Part shown: piece after piece, positions 39,569 through 54,262 of the stretch
Layout: each line of letters begins with the position of its first letter
Position numbering within the stretch: the first letter of the stretch is position 1
Origin: Octopus sinensis
Lineage: Eukaryota
Assembly: GCF_006345805.1 (NCBI RefSeq)
Contig: NC_043003.1
Span: 82,832,001 to 82,896,000, forward strand
Reading direction: 5' to 3'
Length of the DNA: 64,000 nt
Translations under genes and position numbers: made by a program
The notes under the pieces: model-generated
Told to the model about the DNA's origin: nothing
Databases searched by the model: none
The model's input: the letters and a program-made list of their open reading frames with translations, nothing else

Positions 39569-39600
<32 letters not shown>

Positions 39601-41077
39601 GTATCAGGTTTGATAATCAACAAAAAAAAGTATACACCATCAGCTATAGGCGTTTAGAGATTTTCAACGTGATTACAAATATAGATTTTTATCATAAGTG
39701 CAGGTAACTGCAGTTTCACAGACCATGTCCTTTATATAATGATAACTTCAAAATTATAATGTTTCCGAAATCGTTAAGGTAAATAATTCTTAGGCACCAG
39801 GTGTTAGGTATTTCTTGTTAATAACGCAATGAGAATGAAAATTTAATATTACTAATAATAAGGAAGATATAACAAAGAATGAATATAGAACGAAATTTTA
39901 GAAGTATAGCCTAAAGTCGGGGGCGGGAACGTATCAAATAAGAAAGGAAGAAAATTAAAGAAAAAGAAGAAAAATTCAGAAGTAAATAAAAGAAGATAAG
40001 TGAAAAAGATCGGTGATAGACGTGCACATGTAAATAAAATTGAGGGGCTCTCTGTGAAAAGTAAGCAATGACCGGGTTATGTAACAGCAGTGTTTCTCAT
40101 AGTGTTTGCATTTCCCGAACGTTCAGAAAGAGAGATTTAGATATCAAATTGAGGCCAGACATATACATGCATCATTTCTTTTTGTGTAGGGTTACGTTCT
40201 TCTTTTGCATGCTGTTCAATGTTCATCTTCGTATCCCTTTTGTATGGGTTAATACTGCTTTGTCTTCTACGATATATATATAGATACACCCTCTACATAG
40301 ATTTGCATGCGGAAATTAAAGATAAACCACCGGAAACATCATGAACCATACCAGCATTGATTTGTGAAATTTTGAAATTCGTAAGACACTAGTTACATTT
40401 AGTGTGAAGTTAATTACCTCTCCTGTGCTACTCCTCATTTCTTATGTTTATTTTCTTTTTTCTATCTTTCATGTGCGTGTTCATTCCAACGACGATTATA
40501 TCTAACGCAGTTACTAAAACATCTTGTTTTAGAAATGCCGAAATAAATTAATATTTAAACCAGGAAACCCTCGGTAGCTTTATTGCACATGGCTTGTAGT
40601 TTATATTATAATAATGTGTGTGTGTGTGTGTGTGGTGTGTGTGTGTGTGTGTGTGTGTGTCTGGATATATGTGTTTGTGTGTGTCTCTGTTTCTCTGTGT
40701 GTGTGTATGTATATATTTGTGTGTGTGAGTGAGTGAGTGTTTATGATGAAGAACAACTATATATTTTCCATCTTATTTACTATTATGTGCTAGCAGTTCT
40801 TTAAATCATCTCATTTCTTAACTGAGGTGGTTTGCAGGAAGCTAGACTTAGATAACATTTATTTCGCAAAGGCAAATTGTTTCCACTTCCATTAATATGT
40901 ATGATTCTAACACGGTAGGTTTCCTATTCTCAACAGAGCAATGCGACTTAAATGATAATAACACAAACACTTAATACAATGTAGAGACAATTTATACACA
41001 GAAACATACAAACATACAAAACATATTACATATACAAAGGCGATATTCATACATACATATATCTGTGCTAAGTATAT

Positions 41078-41262
41078 CGGCGCAGGTGTGGTTGTCTGGT
41101 AAGAAGCTTGCTTCGCAATGACATTGTCCCGGGTTCAGTACCACTGCAAATCCCTGGCTATAAAAATAGATGGACCGGATCGATTCTTTCGACTAAAGAT
41201 TTCTCGAGGTTGTATCTCGGCGTGGCCGCAGTCTAATTACTGATACATCTAAAAGTTAAAAG
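41078..41262 (+). mobile_element. SINE family A, internally deleted
   Basis: ggcgcaggtgtggttgtctggtaagaagcttgcttc head joined to ttcgactaaa..tggccgcagtc tail. Confidence 0.65.
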
Positions 41263-41304
41263 ACACATATACATATTTATGTGTATATCATTTATCTTTA
41301 TATT

Positions 41305-41336
<32 letters not shown>

Positions 41337-41664
41337 AGAGAGAGAGAGTGTGGGGGTGAGCACGCGTGTGTGTACTATATAAATGAGTGCTATCTAGTTC
41401 TCTGCATCTGTCTCTTTGTCTTTTTTCAGTTTGCCCATTCTATATATGTTTACCAGTCTCTTTCAGTCCCTTTCTGTAACAGTTACATCACTCACGCTTG
41501 TGTGTGTAAGTTAGCATGTGTGTGAGTGTGTGTGCGTTCGTATGTGTGTGTGTGCGCGCATGTCGGTGTGTGTGTATGCATGTGTGTAAAGAATTTCATT
41601 AACGCAACAGTATCGATGGACCCTCCGAATGTGTGTGTGTGTGCGTGTGTATACACACACATAT

Positions 41665-42160
41665 AGATCACTGGACATTTCAAATATAAGTCTTTTCTTT
41701 TTTTTTTTTTTAGATTTGATAATTGTATCCCTTCGAATGGCCATCATTTCGTTCTTTACACTGCTGACTACTTTTAAAATAGTGTTTGAACACCATTTGT
41801 AATGTATTTTGGTTTATTCCTACAATATAGTCCCCTTCGCTTGCCGGATTGTCCGAGGTTTGTTAGATATTCCCACAAGAAAAGTCTGGAGCCATTTTAA
41901 TCAGGTGAGTGAATTTAGAGTTTCTTTATCTGAACAGACTACACTAGCCGTACGTGATATTCTCCAGGCATCATTTCCTGAGCTCGCTATACCTCAGACG
42001 GGAATAAATTCCTTTTCTTTTTAATCCTCTGCATTAAACTTCGCTATATGCCCATCTGCAGGAATTGTTTTCGGGTTGATGTTGTAGGATCTTCTTGAAT
42101 ATTCCACTGTGGACGATGAATGTTGTCTTCTGAGACTTCCATGAATGTGCCCTTCACACA
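41665..42160 (-). mobile_element. Old internally deleted Tc1/mariner-superfamily remnant
   Basis: Minus translation SEDNI..IQEDPTTSTRK..MGI.RSLMQRI..QEMMPG and SPD...DF(F)LW(G)YL. Confidence 0.5.
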
Positions 42161-42162
42161 TA

Positions 42163-43458
42163 TTAGGTTGTCAAGAAAGTTCTTGCGGAAGTTTTGATGT
42201 TGGTTTTAAATTATGCATTTTCAAATTAATTTTTATTAAATTACTTTGACTTTATATATCATTTTAAAGCCCGTTTTTCGCTCTAGCTAATCGTGTTACT
42301 CTTTCTCTTTTTGAATAATTAGGCCATTTTTTTCTGGAACATTGAATACAACATGGACAAAAAATGCAAATTCGCACAATTTTATTATTCCAGTTCAAGC
42401 TAGGCCGAAAAGATGCTGAAACAGTTCGCAATATCAACGATGCGTATGGCTCAAGAACCACTAATGAACGTACAGCACAATTGTGGTTCAAGAAATTTCG
42501 TAGCAGTGATGAGAGTCTTGAAGATGATAAGCGTAGCAGTCGGTCATTGGATGTTGACAACGATCAGCTAAGAGCCTTAGTCGAAGCCAATCCTCACACA
42601 ACTGTTCGAGAGCTTGCTTCTGAATTAGACGTAACCATATAGGACAATTTCCGACCACTTGAAAGAGATTGGAAAAATAAAAATACTTCAGATATGGGTG
42701 CCGCACGAATTGAACGACAACCAAAAGAAAATAAAAACGTCGTTTTGAAGGGTCGATTTACCTTCTTTTACGCAACAAGAACGACCCGTTTCTCGACCGG
42801 ATTGTGACTTGCGATGAAAAGTGGATTCTTTACGACAACCGGCGACGCTCAGCTCAGTGGTTGGATGCCGACGAAGCTCCACAGCACTTCCCGAAGTCAA
42901 AGTTGCACTTGAAGAAGGACATGGTGTCCGTTTGGTGGTCTGCAGCCGATCTCATCCATCACAGCTTGTTTGGATCCAGGCGAAACCATTACGGCGGAGA
43001 AATACTGTCAGCAAATGGATGAAATGCATAAGAAACACCGACAACAAGAGCCAGCATTGGTCAATAGTAAAGGACCAATTCTTCTCCATGACAACGCTCG
43101 GCCGTACGTCGCACAACTGACCTTACAGCAGTTGAACGGACTGGGCTACGAAACTCTGCCTCATCTGCCATTCTCACCAGACCTCTTGCCTACCGACTAC
43201 CACCTTTTCAAGCATCTCGACAACTTCCTGCGTAAGAAATGCTTCAAAAACCAAGACGATGCCAAACACGCCTACAACGACTTCATCGCCACCAGAACGC
43301 AGGCTTTTTACGCTACTGGTGTAAAATAAACTCGTTTCATGTTGGCAAACGTGTGTTTATTCTGATGGTGTTTATTTCGATTAATAAAGAGCCGAGATAT
43401 ATGCATCAGAATTTAAAGGTTAAAAACCGCAAGAACTTATGTGGTGGTTGATTAACCT
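42163..43458 (+). mobile_element. mariner (DD34D) transposon, full length, frameshifted
   Basis: HTH N-terminus, WVPHEL, TCDEKW, HDNARP, FSPDLLPTDYHLF with 34-residue spacing; TA-ttaggttg..aagttcttgcgg / ccgcaagaactt TIRs. Confidence 0.93.
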
Positions 43459-44342
43459 GAAAATGTCAATGGTAAGCGCTTTGAGTTAGCAAAATTCATC
43501 ACTAATATTTGTTCATGAAATTCAATTATACTTACTTCTTGCTTTGTCAGTAATTTCTCTATATTTATGTTCCAAAAATTACATGTCAATAATCAGACAC
43601 GAAAAAAGAAAGGAACAAATTAATTGTAAAATATTTATTATAGTTTAAAATGGTCTACTGACTTTCGGCTACCTTGTATGTGTGTGTGTGTGTGTGCGTG
43701 TGAGTGTTTCCGTCTGTCTGTTAGTATATGTGTGTCTGTGTGTCTCTGTGTGTCTGTGTGCGTGTGTTCAATTTATGGAACATATAACACAGGTCGGGTT
43801 TCATCCGACTCGGGTTCCGAAAAAATAAAGCATTATTATTATATTACATATTTTTCCATACATTTTCTACTTGTAATTCGGATATTATTTGCTGTTTTCA
43901 CTCTGGAAGATAGTGACCATTACCCTTTAAAGCGCGTTTATGGCAGTTGAAAAGGCAAGGAACGGTATCTTAAACCACCAAGTATTCCAAAGACGTGCTC
44001 TTAATTCTTGCAACAAAGGATTCTCTGCTTAAGTTACCTAAAACTTATCGTGTGATACGGACGACGTATTAAATGTGGCACTCGATTAAGCCGGAGTGCC
44101 ATTTGAACTAAGAACGCAAAGAGCTGGAAAAATTCTGCAAGGTATTTCTTTCGGCGCTTAGATGATTTCACCAAAGCTGTATCGATGCTGGAAGTGTTAA
44201 AGGCAAATTCACTGAGGTGGGATATAAAGCCAAGACAAAAGTACTGAGAAAAAAGACAGCAAGGTATTTTTATAATTATTCTTTTACATAGCTGATATAT
44301 ACTGTGAAAGATATAAAGTAATGCATACATACGAACAACAAT

Positions 44343-44993
44343 TCTACATAATAGTGAGGCATGGGTCTTGAATGCGGAAGACACGCGAAGGCCTGAAAAG
44401 AATGAGGCTAGTAGTCTTCGCTGGATGTATAATGTAAATGTACATGTGCAACAGAGTGTTAGTGTATTGAGAAAGAAGTTTATAGAAATTAGATGCAAAG
44501 TGTAAGAAAGATGACTGCGCTAGTTTGGTCATGTGATGTGGATGAATGCCAACAGCTCCATAAAGAAGTGCCGCTCACTCAAAATAGATGGAACTCGTGG
44601 TAGAGGGTGACGCAGGGAGACATGGGGTGAAGTACTGAGGGCGAACTCATAACGTTGAACTTACAGACGACATGACAAAGGAATGAGATATTTGGCACCT
44701 TGATGTACTTAAGAAGAACTAACTTCCACAATAGAAGTGTTAAGACCGCATCCCCTGATGAAAGGAATTGGCCTGCAAGAGTTTCGAGTCCATGTCACGT
44801 AAAAAGCATTGGTGCCAGTTCCACGTAAGAGGTCTCGTGCTGGTGCCACGTAAAAAGCACCGAACACATGTTGTAAAGTGGTTGACGTCAGGAAGAACAT
44901 TCAGCCGAAGAAGCAAAGCCAAATTAGATTAAAATCTGATTCAGCTCTCCGGCTTACCAACCAGCATGGAAAATCGACATTAAAGGATGCTGC
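44343..44993 (+). mobile_element. RTE-clade LINE 3' fragment with 3' UTR
   Basis: SEAWVL..RR.EKNEAS.LRWM..RLR.FGHVM..GTRGRG..RETWGEV; tail ccagcatggaaaatcgacattaaaggatg. Confidence 0.75.
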
Positions 44994-44997
44994 ATAT

Positions 44998-45034
<37 letters not shown>

Positions 45035-46229
45035 GGAGAGAAAGAGAGAGAGAGACAGAAAGAGGAGTTATACAGGCAACATACATTGTTAGATTAGTTA
45101 AAGGGAAACAGAGAAACAGAAAGACAGACAAACAAACAGAAGGTAGGTAGGTAGGTAGGTAGGTAGGTAGGTAGGTAGGTAGGTAGGTAGGTAGGTAAGA
45201 AGGGAGGCGCGGAGGGAAAGAGTATGGAAGGGAGATACAAATATATACATACGTATACATATATTGAAATATGGCGACGAATAGGACTTCGGATAGAATT
45301 CGATCCAACAGTCTGTGCTTTGAGTTAAAGTCACATCGAGGTCATATTTGCCTTTCCTATATTAGAGTTATTAGTTTAGGGCAGAAGACGGGCCAAAACT
45401 TTCAGAGTGTCTGGCAATTTGCCTTACGAGGTCTTTTCCGTTTTTTTCACGTTCTGACAGTAACATATCGAGGCCACTGATGCCAATTTGCATCCATCTA
45501 AGTTGGCGACTTTTCCCTTAGATAATATAGCAGTCGTTGAGAAGGGTGATTTCCATGCATGGATAACTGCCAGCCTTACTCAAAAACCGTTCCATGTCTA
45601 TTTCTACAGTTGCAGAGGAATGATTAACTATGGATAACGCATTAACCTATCTCCCGTAATATAATGGAATATATAACGGAGAGTATACATCCTGCGAAAT
45701 ATTATATACTAAAAGATAATAAAATGTATTATAAAGTATATAACAACACACAAATGTAGCCAGATATACATAACAGGTATAAGTAATAATATTTAAAATT
45801 GAATATATGACGCTGTACGTTACAAAACATGAAATGAAATATTTATGAAATAAGTATTGGAGTATTGAAAGGATATATATTACAATGTGCTGTAGAATAT
45901 ATATAATTAAATATATATTAGAAATTTTCGTTTCATTTGTATTTTCAGATGGCTGCCAACAACAGAATTTCAGGATACACGTGAAGAAGCAGCTGTTTTC
46001 ATCACGAAAATTCTAGATTCCACTCGAGTCGGCTTAATTTATGTAAATGTGAAGCTGTAATATCTATGCCTTCTCACTAAAGCAGCACAGAAGTGGGCAA
46101 GTCAACGACTTGAATTACAATTTAAACAAACATATTCGAGTCTGTGAGACAAGAGTTTACATGAAAGCCATGTAACCAACTATACTATCAATCTATTTAT
46201 CTGTATACTTATTTATAATATATATATAT

Positions 46230-46262
<33 letters not shown>

Positions 46263-46678
46263 ATATATATATATACTTATATATATATATATGTGTGTGT
46301 GTGTGTATGTATATAAACTGCTAAAAGGTAATTTAGCTGCAGTTACCGTGGAGAAAATCTCTCTTACGGGGAAAAAGTGTCATAAGATAGACATTTTCTC
46401 TACGGCAACTGCCGTGATTTTGCTTTTAGCAGTTGAAATATGCTACAAACACACTTTAACTAACCTAAATGTTACTTATGACTAAACATTGCTTGGCGCT
46501 TACATTTCAATATATATATATATGTATATAAGTATATTTATATGTGTGTGCGCGTGTGTGTGTGTGTGTATGTTTGTATGTATGTATATATATATGTATA
46601 TATATGTATATGTATGTATTTATATATATATATATGTATTTATATACATACATATATGAACATACATACATGTATATG

Positions 46679-46742
<64 letters not shown>

Positions 46743-47179
46743 CAAATACAGTTAATCTCACTTCAACATTTAATTTTCATTTATTTCAAAATATTTTCCT
46801 CGCTTTCAAACCACTGCCTATTCACTAACAAGACTCGGTGCTGCATCCGGAAAAGTAACAGTTAGTTCATGATGTATATATGTGTTTATATATGTATGCA
46901 TGTATGCATGTATGTATGCATGTTTATATGTATTCATGTATACATATATGTATGTGTATGTGCGCATGCTTGCATATAGCCATATACGCATGTATGTATA
47001 TGTGTCGGTATGTATGTATGTGAAAAGTGATTCAAGGGCATTTTGACTGTTGTTTCTAGCACATCCAAACACAACCCCCCACGTTTATTTATCACTTTCG
47101 CATGTATTGATGTTTTTCAATATTTTTTCTGTATAAATACATTTACATGCTACCCCATTCCCCACCCCGATTGTTTCTG

Positions 47180-47507
47180 TTTAGGAATTAAAAAAATATT
47201 GGAGAGCCTGAGAAGGTCATTGCCGAGAAGATCTTTGCTGAGAAGGTATTCCACAACGATTTTAAAAAATTACAGGGATGTACTTGCATAGCAAGTAAGT
47301 TGATCTGAGATCATGTGCTGAAATAAAAACAATTGCAGTATGGAAGATGTTTTAAACTATTCAAGAACACATAAATATCGTTAGTTTCACTTTAGCAATA
47401 AATACTTCATTTGTGTCAAAATATTTTCATCGCTTTGAAACAGCGACCTGTTCACTGACAAACAAATTCACAAAAGTGACGCAGCACGAAGTTTTGTCAG
47501 TGAACAG
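47180..47507 (-). mobile_element. PLE pLTR-like repeat with variant hammerhead and short inverted arm
   Basis: 47460-47414 hammerhead fold; 47481-47507 inverted partial copy; second decayed copy at ~46740-46855. Confidence 0.6.
47414..47460 (-). ncRNA. Variant minimal hammerhead motif (G3-C8 core)
   Basis: UGUCA-GUGAACA-G-GUCGCU(GUUUCAA)AGCGAU-GAAA-AUAU-UU^UGACA. Confidence 0.55.
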
Positions 47508-48399
47508 CATACACAAGCACGCGCGTGCACATACACATTCATTGCCTTTCATTTATGTATATGCGTATTTATGCGTGAGCACGAGTGATTATTGGTGTGT
47601 GTGTGTGCGTGTGTTTGTGTGTGTGTCATTGTTGACGTTTTGTTTGTAAACTGAGAATAAGAAGCAAGTTTCGAGTGCTTGTCGGTAACTTTTTGTTTAC
47701 TTACCCCCTCGTCTTCTAATAGTAATTACCCAACTTTCTAGGCTCTTCACACAGCCATTCCGCGTTCAAAAATTATACGGGTATTTCAAAAAGTTCCATT
47801 CAATAAAAAATGCTTTTACATAACGTATACATTAATAGCGAATTAAAACTTAAAAGAGAAAGTGAGAGAATTTGCAAATGAAAATGGAATACTCCGCAGT
47901 GAATGCAATGAATATTTAAATGTATGATGAATTGGAGGGAGTGAATATTTAAATTTGCGAGAAATTAAGTTAAAACAAATTCAATAAACGCGAGAAATCG
48001 AAATTATCGGAAATTTCTTAGAATATTCGTTGCTTAGTTTGGACTCATACGTAGATTGTTTTACTGCTGAGGTGAGAAATTTTGTTCGTTGTTGAAAGTT
48101 GTTATGACTCGTAGTGAAAAAAACTGTTTATTGCTTGTTTAGAAGTAAGTTGTTACTTCCCCCGCGCGGATGAATTATTATTTTTTGCTGTAAAAGAAAA
48201 TTACTTCCGTGTGGCGTAAGCCACAAATTTTTGAGACACTGAGAATGGAAGAAGTCAGAAATCTTAATTTAAGAAGAAACGTAGAGGTGGCTAATTTGGC
48301 AACTGGGGAACCAGCAAATGAGATAAAAGGTATGAATTTTGCAACAGCGGCCGATTGTAGAATCCGAAAGGTAACACTGAAAATTTGAAAGGATACAAA

Positions 48400-48800
48400 G
48401 AGATATTAACAAAGTAAGGGACTGAAGTGCAAGTGGCCCCTCCTCAAAATATCCAAACAGACGTTCTGGAAAGAACAATGGCGTTTAAAATTTACAACGT
48501 GTAAGAAAAGAACATTGATTATGCTAATGAAACCGAAATAGAAAAATGCTTAAAGCCGATATGGCACGAAGTAAAGTATGTAACGCGTGGAAAAAGGTAC
48601 AAAACAATAGCGGTTCGAATGGAGTTGGCCGAGAAGGCGAAACAGTACTCGGTGGAGCCATTGCAAACAGAGGTGGTGGTGCTCCTTTCCATATATATGG
48701 AGATGAGAAACTTCATCTCTAGTCTCGGGTTGGTGAGATTCTTCACCTTTCACCTGAAAAGGAAAGTGAGGCTGGAGAGAAGATATCTGTCAGAGAGGAT
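48400..48800 (+). mobile_element. Possible decayed ORF1 fragment of an L1/Tx1-type LINE
   Basis: Purine-rich coding-like stretch EIEKCLKPIWHEVKYVTRGKRYKTIAVRMELAEKAKQYSVEPLQTE; assignment by resemblance only. Confidence 0.35.
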
Positions 48801-50441
48801 GTTTAAAGACAGATAGATGCGTTAAGCTAGAATGCTGGGTGTGAAACAATATACACAGGACTGTAACAAATTGAATTGAATATGTATCACTTGTCCTGAG
48901 TATTAAAATAAAAAATGCATGGACAGACAGATAACAGAATTGGGCACACAAATAATTTTACAAGGAATTATTTATTAGCTATGAAATAGAGGAGTTTGAT
49001 TGTTAATTTCTCATTTTAGACATACCTTAGATAGATACTGTAAGAGCTCGGGACTTATTTGTATAAACAAAAACAGCATATATCAGCTATCACAATAACA
49101 AATATTTCTGTTACTTTGTCACCTCTTTCTTTATATAGCATTCAATATACTTTTCTTTTACAGCTTCAGTCGTGGAATGGAGTACAGGAAGGTGGACCGA
49201 CTTTAAGGAGTTTATTGGATTACGCGATCCTTTGTGTTGGTAGCCATATTAAAATTCTCTATGAAATGGCTGAATTGACATTCGTTTATGATCCGTTTTA
49301 GGAAGTTAACCTCATGGAACAAAATATCAGAATGTTTTAACATCGATCTACAACTCAGACACGATCACAAGTAGCAAGTATTGCTCATATATCATGCACA
49401 CACACAACATACACACACACACAACACACACGCACGCACGCACACACACAACACAACAGACACACACACCACACGCACAGAGAACCATATTTACGCACGC
49501 ACACACACGCACGCACGCGTACGCGCGCAGACACACATGCGCATTCAGACACACACGTACACTCCATATCAGTTGATTAGGGTGATTCATGTACATGACT
49601 GATACATGTTGTAGAACCAAGAAGGATGAAAAGTAAAGTAGATTGCATTAACAAAACGATTTCAGTTTGAAATTCTATACATATCGATTTGCTGAGAATT
49701 AATTATTACTACTGTAGCACTACGTAGCAAATACACGTCTATTTTGTGCTTTATTTATGTATATAAAAATTACGTGCATACATTTAAATGAAATAGACCT
49801 TTTCAGATAACCATGTATTCATTATAACAGAAAACGAGACAAAACTATATATATAGTGGTTAAGCATTTTTACTTCCAACAAATAAAGAAGACACCTGAG
49901 GAAAACACGTGAAAATGCGATGTATTCTTAAGATTCAACTAGAATACCAGATACCCTTTCGTAGAATTTAACGAAGATAATTTTTCAACGTTTCCATCGA
50001 TATAGCAAACTTTTAATCGTAAACTTTAATTGGAAGAAACGATAAATTATTTACAACAACCTAATGAGGAATTAACATTTAATAATTTAGAACCATATTT
50101 TCAATATCTATTTAAATGAGGGTTTGCAGAGAAGCGACAAGATGTGTATGTGGGCACCTGCGTGTTCGTGTAGGTTTGTGACGGTCTGTGTGTGTAAGAC
50201 AGAGAAATAGACGAAGAAGTCGATGTATTAGAGGAGAGAACAAGTGTGCTTGTAATAGGTTTATATACAGATGAATGCGTACATTTAAACACGTATATTT
50301 ACGTGAATATTTTTCGGCTTCTCAACGAAATTAGAAACATGAATGCTAAAATGTTTGATGAGATAACACACGTGTACACAAACATACACGCATAAATATA
50401 TTCGTATGCTTATATCTACAAGTAGGTATATATATATATAT

Positions 50442-50502
<61 letters not shown>

Positions 50503-50698
50503 TGTACAGAAGCGTATCTACATTAGCATATATGTGGGCGTATGTATACAAGCATCTATGTATGTAAATATATATATATGGTGTGAGAGAAAGACGTAAA
50601 TGTGGATGTTTACGTAAATTTATAAGTATCACAGCCGGAGTGTTTATGTGTGTATATATATATGTGTGCCTGAAAAATATGTGTGTGTGCTTGTGTAT

Positions 50699-50732
<34 letters not shown>

Positions 50733-51224
50733 TTGTGTGCTTGTTTTGGAGTGTGTGTGTGTGTGGTGCGTTGTGTGTATTTTGCGTGTGTCTAGATTCA
50801 TATGTTAATGTAATATCTCATATAACAGCGTTAGTAATATGTCATATTTTGCAATGATAATAATGCGACTAAAGTTATTTTGGGGTCAATATTTGCAAGT
50901 ATAATTCCGTAGTTAATTTTGGCTAGAAAAGTAGATTAATTCACAGTAGAACTTATTTACTGGTGACAAGTGAGTGCTACTCTAAATTACACACAGTGAA
51001 TACTGTAACACATGAACATATTTAGTCAACAGTTACTTTCGTTCATCGTGTATTGTACTACAAGTCGAATTGTCGATTTGCTGACTCTATAGGTGCAGAT
51101 ATCAGCGTGTGATTCGGAGTCGATTCGCAACTATAAGATCACTGATATAGTTCCATTATGCGGAGTCTTCAAAAAGTGTCTTCTACTCCACTTTCAAAAC
51201 AACGAAGGTTATGTCAGTGAATAT

Positions 51225-51685
51225 TGTAATAACAGGACATGGAAACCGGTTTTAAATATGTCTGTGTAGGGTGAATATATATATATACACATAGGTGTGT
51301 GTATATATGTAAATATGCGTGTGTGTATATATGTATGTATATATATGTGTGTTATGATGTGGATCTTCGTCCACTTGTATGTTATTGTCTGCACTGTAAT
51401 ATTCTTGTCGTTACTATTATTTTGTGGTGGTATCCCGTATATCATTATCTTTGTCTCTTCTATCGTGCTATCGATGATAGCTCAGCAAGACAATGACTTG
51501 AAACGTCTGCCTTGACGGTAACTCAAACTCGTATTTATCACGTAACTGACACTAACTCAAACTGAACTGAAAACTCTTACAACGAACCTACTACTACTGG
51601 CCACCTACAACGACTGACTCTCTGACATTATAGTGGCATGTCATACCACTGTGTCACGTGAGAAGGGAGTACCATTTTCACTGCA
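51225..51685 (-). mobile_element. Putative 3' LTR of the Gypsy remnant
   Basis: TG...CA ends (tgtaat / actgca); purine tract aaaagaaaagacgaga immediately upstream on minus strand. Confidence 0.4.
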
Positions 51686-51789
51686 TCTCGTCTTTTCTTT
51701 TTTTTTCTTTGGGAAGCAAGTAATTTTATTTTAATTTATTCATCCCTCCCTTTAGCTAACCACAATTTTTTTTTCCATTAATGAACTTA

Positions 51790-53530
51790 TCTTTCGACGC
51801 GTGTCACATTATCTCCTACAAAATGATTGGTAACTCTCATACAATGTTCCACATTATGTGTTGAATTTCTTCTTCGGCTATGAGGGTTGCTATTACTGCG
51901 TCCTCGAATGGGTCGCCATTTCTGAATATTGGGTAGGTAGTCAGCATATCCTAGCTTTTTCGAAGGTAAATATTCCATTGCGTAGTCGTAGTTTATTAAA
52001 ATGGTGCCCCATCGCTGCAACCTGATTGTTGTATGTACTGGGAGTCTTTTCTTGGATCCATATATCGTTAGCAACTGGCGATGGTATGTTTGTAGTCTAA
52101 ACCGTCTAGCATATATAAACCTGCGGAACTTTTTTATACTATACCTCTTTTGCAATTTGGCTATATTTTTTGTACTCTTTTATACAATACCTCTTTCTCA
52201 AGTTTGCTATATTTTTCTCCACTGGCAATGGCGTCTTTGACGCATAAGCTATGGCCTTTTAGCTATCATCTTCACATTTGTATAGGAGTACGACACCTAG
52301 CCTGTACTGACTAGCATTTGTTGCCAGTATCGTTTCCAACTTCAGATCAAAGTGTTTAAGTGACAAGTCTGAAGGTAACATGCTTTTTAATTCCTCTAAT
52401 GCTTTCTGGCATTTTTCTGACCAAAACCATTTGGAATCCTTTTTTAACAGCTCGTATGTGCTGCGTATGTTCTGGATATATACTTAATAGAGTTTACAAG
52501 CCTAAAAATGCTTGCAACAATTTGGCGTCCGTTGGAGGAGACATAATCCGTATTGCCGTTGCTCTTGATGGTTCTGGCTTTCGTCCATTTTCGTCAATTA
52601 CTTGACCTAAATATTTGAATTATTTTCATCAAAAATTCAAACTATTTTCTGTTAGTCTAAACCCGTATTCATTTATTTATCTGAATATTTTTCTATTTGT
52701 TCAAAGTGTTGTTCCACTGACTCGCGCTTTTTCAAAATATCATGGAGACAAGGGATTGCGAAGTCACAATCGTTTAATATTGCATCCATCACTTGTTGGA
52801 ATGCGGCATGTGCCACTTTTATTCCAAAAGAAGCCTCTTGAACTTATACGAGCCAATCCGGGGGGCGTTGTTTGTTAAATGTGTGTGACCTCTTCCGCTG
52901 CCTGTATCTGCAGATAGGCCTCCGAGAGGTCTAACTTCGACAAACTTTTCCTCCATTTAATTTTGAGAACATTTCGTCTGGCTTGGTAATGGATAATTGT
53001 GTTCGATTGAACAGACTTTTAATACAGTTGAAAAGATCGCACACATTCTTAATTGCTTTATTTCCTTTACATAAACCCATCGACCTTTTCAATTATAGCT
53101 AGAGATTTTAGTTTAACACCGCAAACGGCACCTTCCTTTTGGGCCTAAAACAACTGTTGCTTTTACATTTATTGTGATCTTCGCTTTTGTTTTACTGCAA
53201 CAGCCTAATCCTTCCCACAAAAAAAAATTTAGAAACAATTTTCTAATTTTTTACCTTAGTTGTTCGAACTCATTCTAACATTTAACCGTGTCAACTACAT
53301 TTTCAAGAGAACACTAATAGGGGTATCCTACGTTTTAAATAACTCCGTGCATTTTGTGGCATCGAAACATTCAACGAAACATCGCAAAATAAATTCTTCG
53401 GCGAACACCGTTGTAATCCACGCTTGTGTAAATTCCCTTTCTGCAACCAGTCCAATTTGTAAATCTGGTGTTTAAATATCGAATGAATTCGGTATAAATT
53501 CAGAATGTAGCCACAGATTAAACTAGAAAC
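51790..53530 (-). mobile_element. Gypsy LTR retrotransposon pol remnant (RT-RNase H)
   Basis: EGLGCCSKTKA..RPKRKVPFA; SKLDLSEAYLQI; HRQLLTIYGSKKRLPVHT.IRLQRWGTILINYDY.MEY..LGYADYL. Confidence 0.85.
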
Positions 53531-54224
53531 ACTCAACATAAGCGGGGGTTATTCATGATTTCATCAGCTACATATATTTCAAATAGAACGACATACCTAA
53601 ATATACTGCAATGCATGAATAATGCATATCTAACCAAACCCATATTAATTTATTAGAATGCTATAGAGAGTAAGAAATTCAATATTGTGCTATTCTTCTT
53701 AAAGTGGTAATTTAACTTTGATAAATGGGCGGGATTTGATACAAAAATGCTACGAGACATTTTGTTGGATGCTCTGTCAATTCATTTAATCCATCGCCTA
53801 TCCAACTCAGCCTTCTTTTGAGCGACTCACCATTCCCTATCGACTTTATTGCCTGTTAACTTGGTTGCCTGTTTTCCATCTATCCATTTTGATTTCATCT
53901 AGGTAATAGAAAAACGAATAATCGTTTTCTAATATTTTTCTTCATCAAAAATATTTGAAAGTATAATTAATATTTCTTGAGGTAAAGTCTGCAACAAAAA
54001 ATTAACATGAAAAAAAATTGATTCACTGAAAACAGGCGATCATAGAATTGTTGAGAAAGTAATGTTTTCATTTTCTATAAATACCTTGTTAACACATTTA
54101 TCGAACTCTCTTAACAGCTTTGAAAACGTGTATGTGTTAGTGTGCGTATGTATGCGTATGTGTGCGTATGTATGCATGTATGTCTCTCTCTCTCTTTCTG
54201 TCTGTCTGTCCGTCTCTCTCTCTC

Positions 54225-54262
<38 letters not shown>

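Noticed and set aside
49890-49925. ACAC-CUGAGGA...GAAA as a hammerhead
   Set aside because: Stem II and III pairing inadequate
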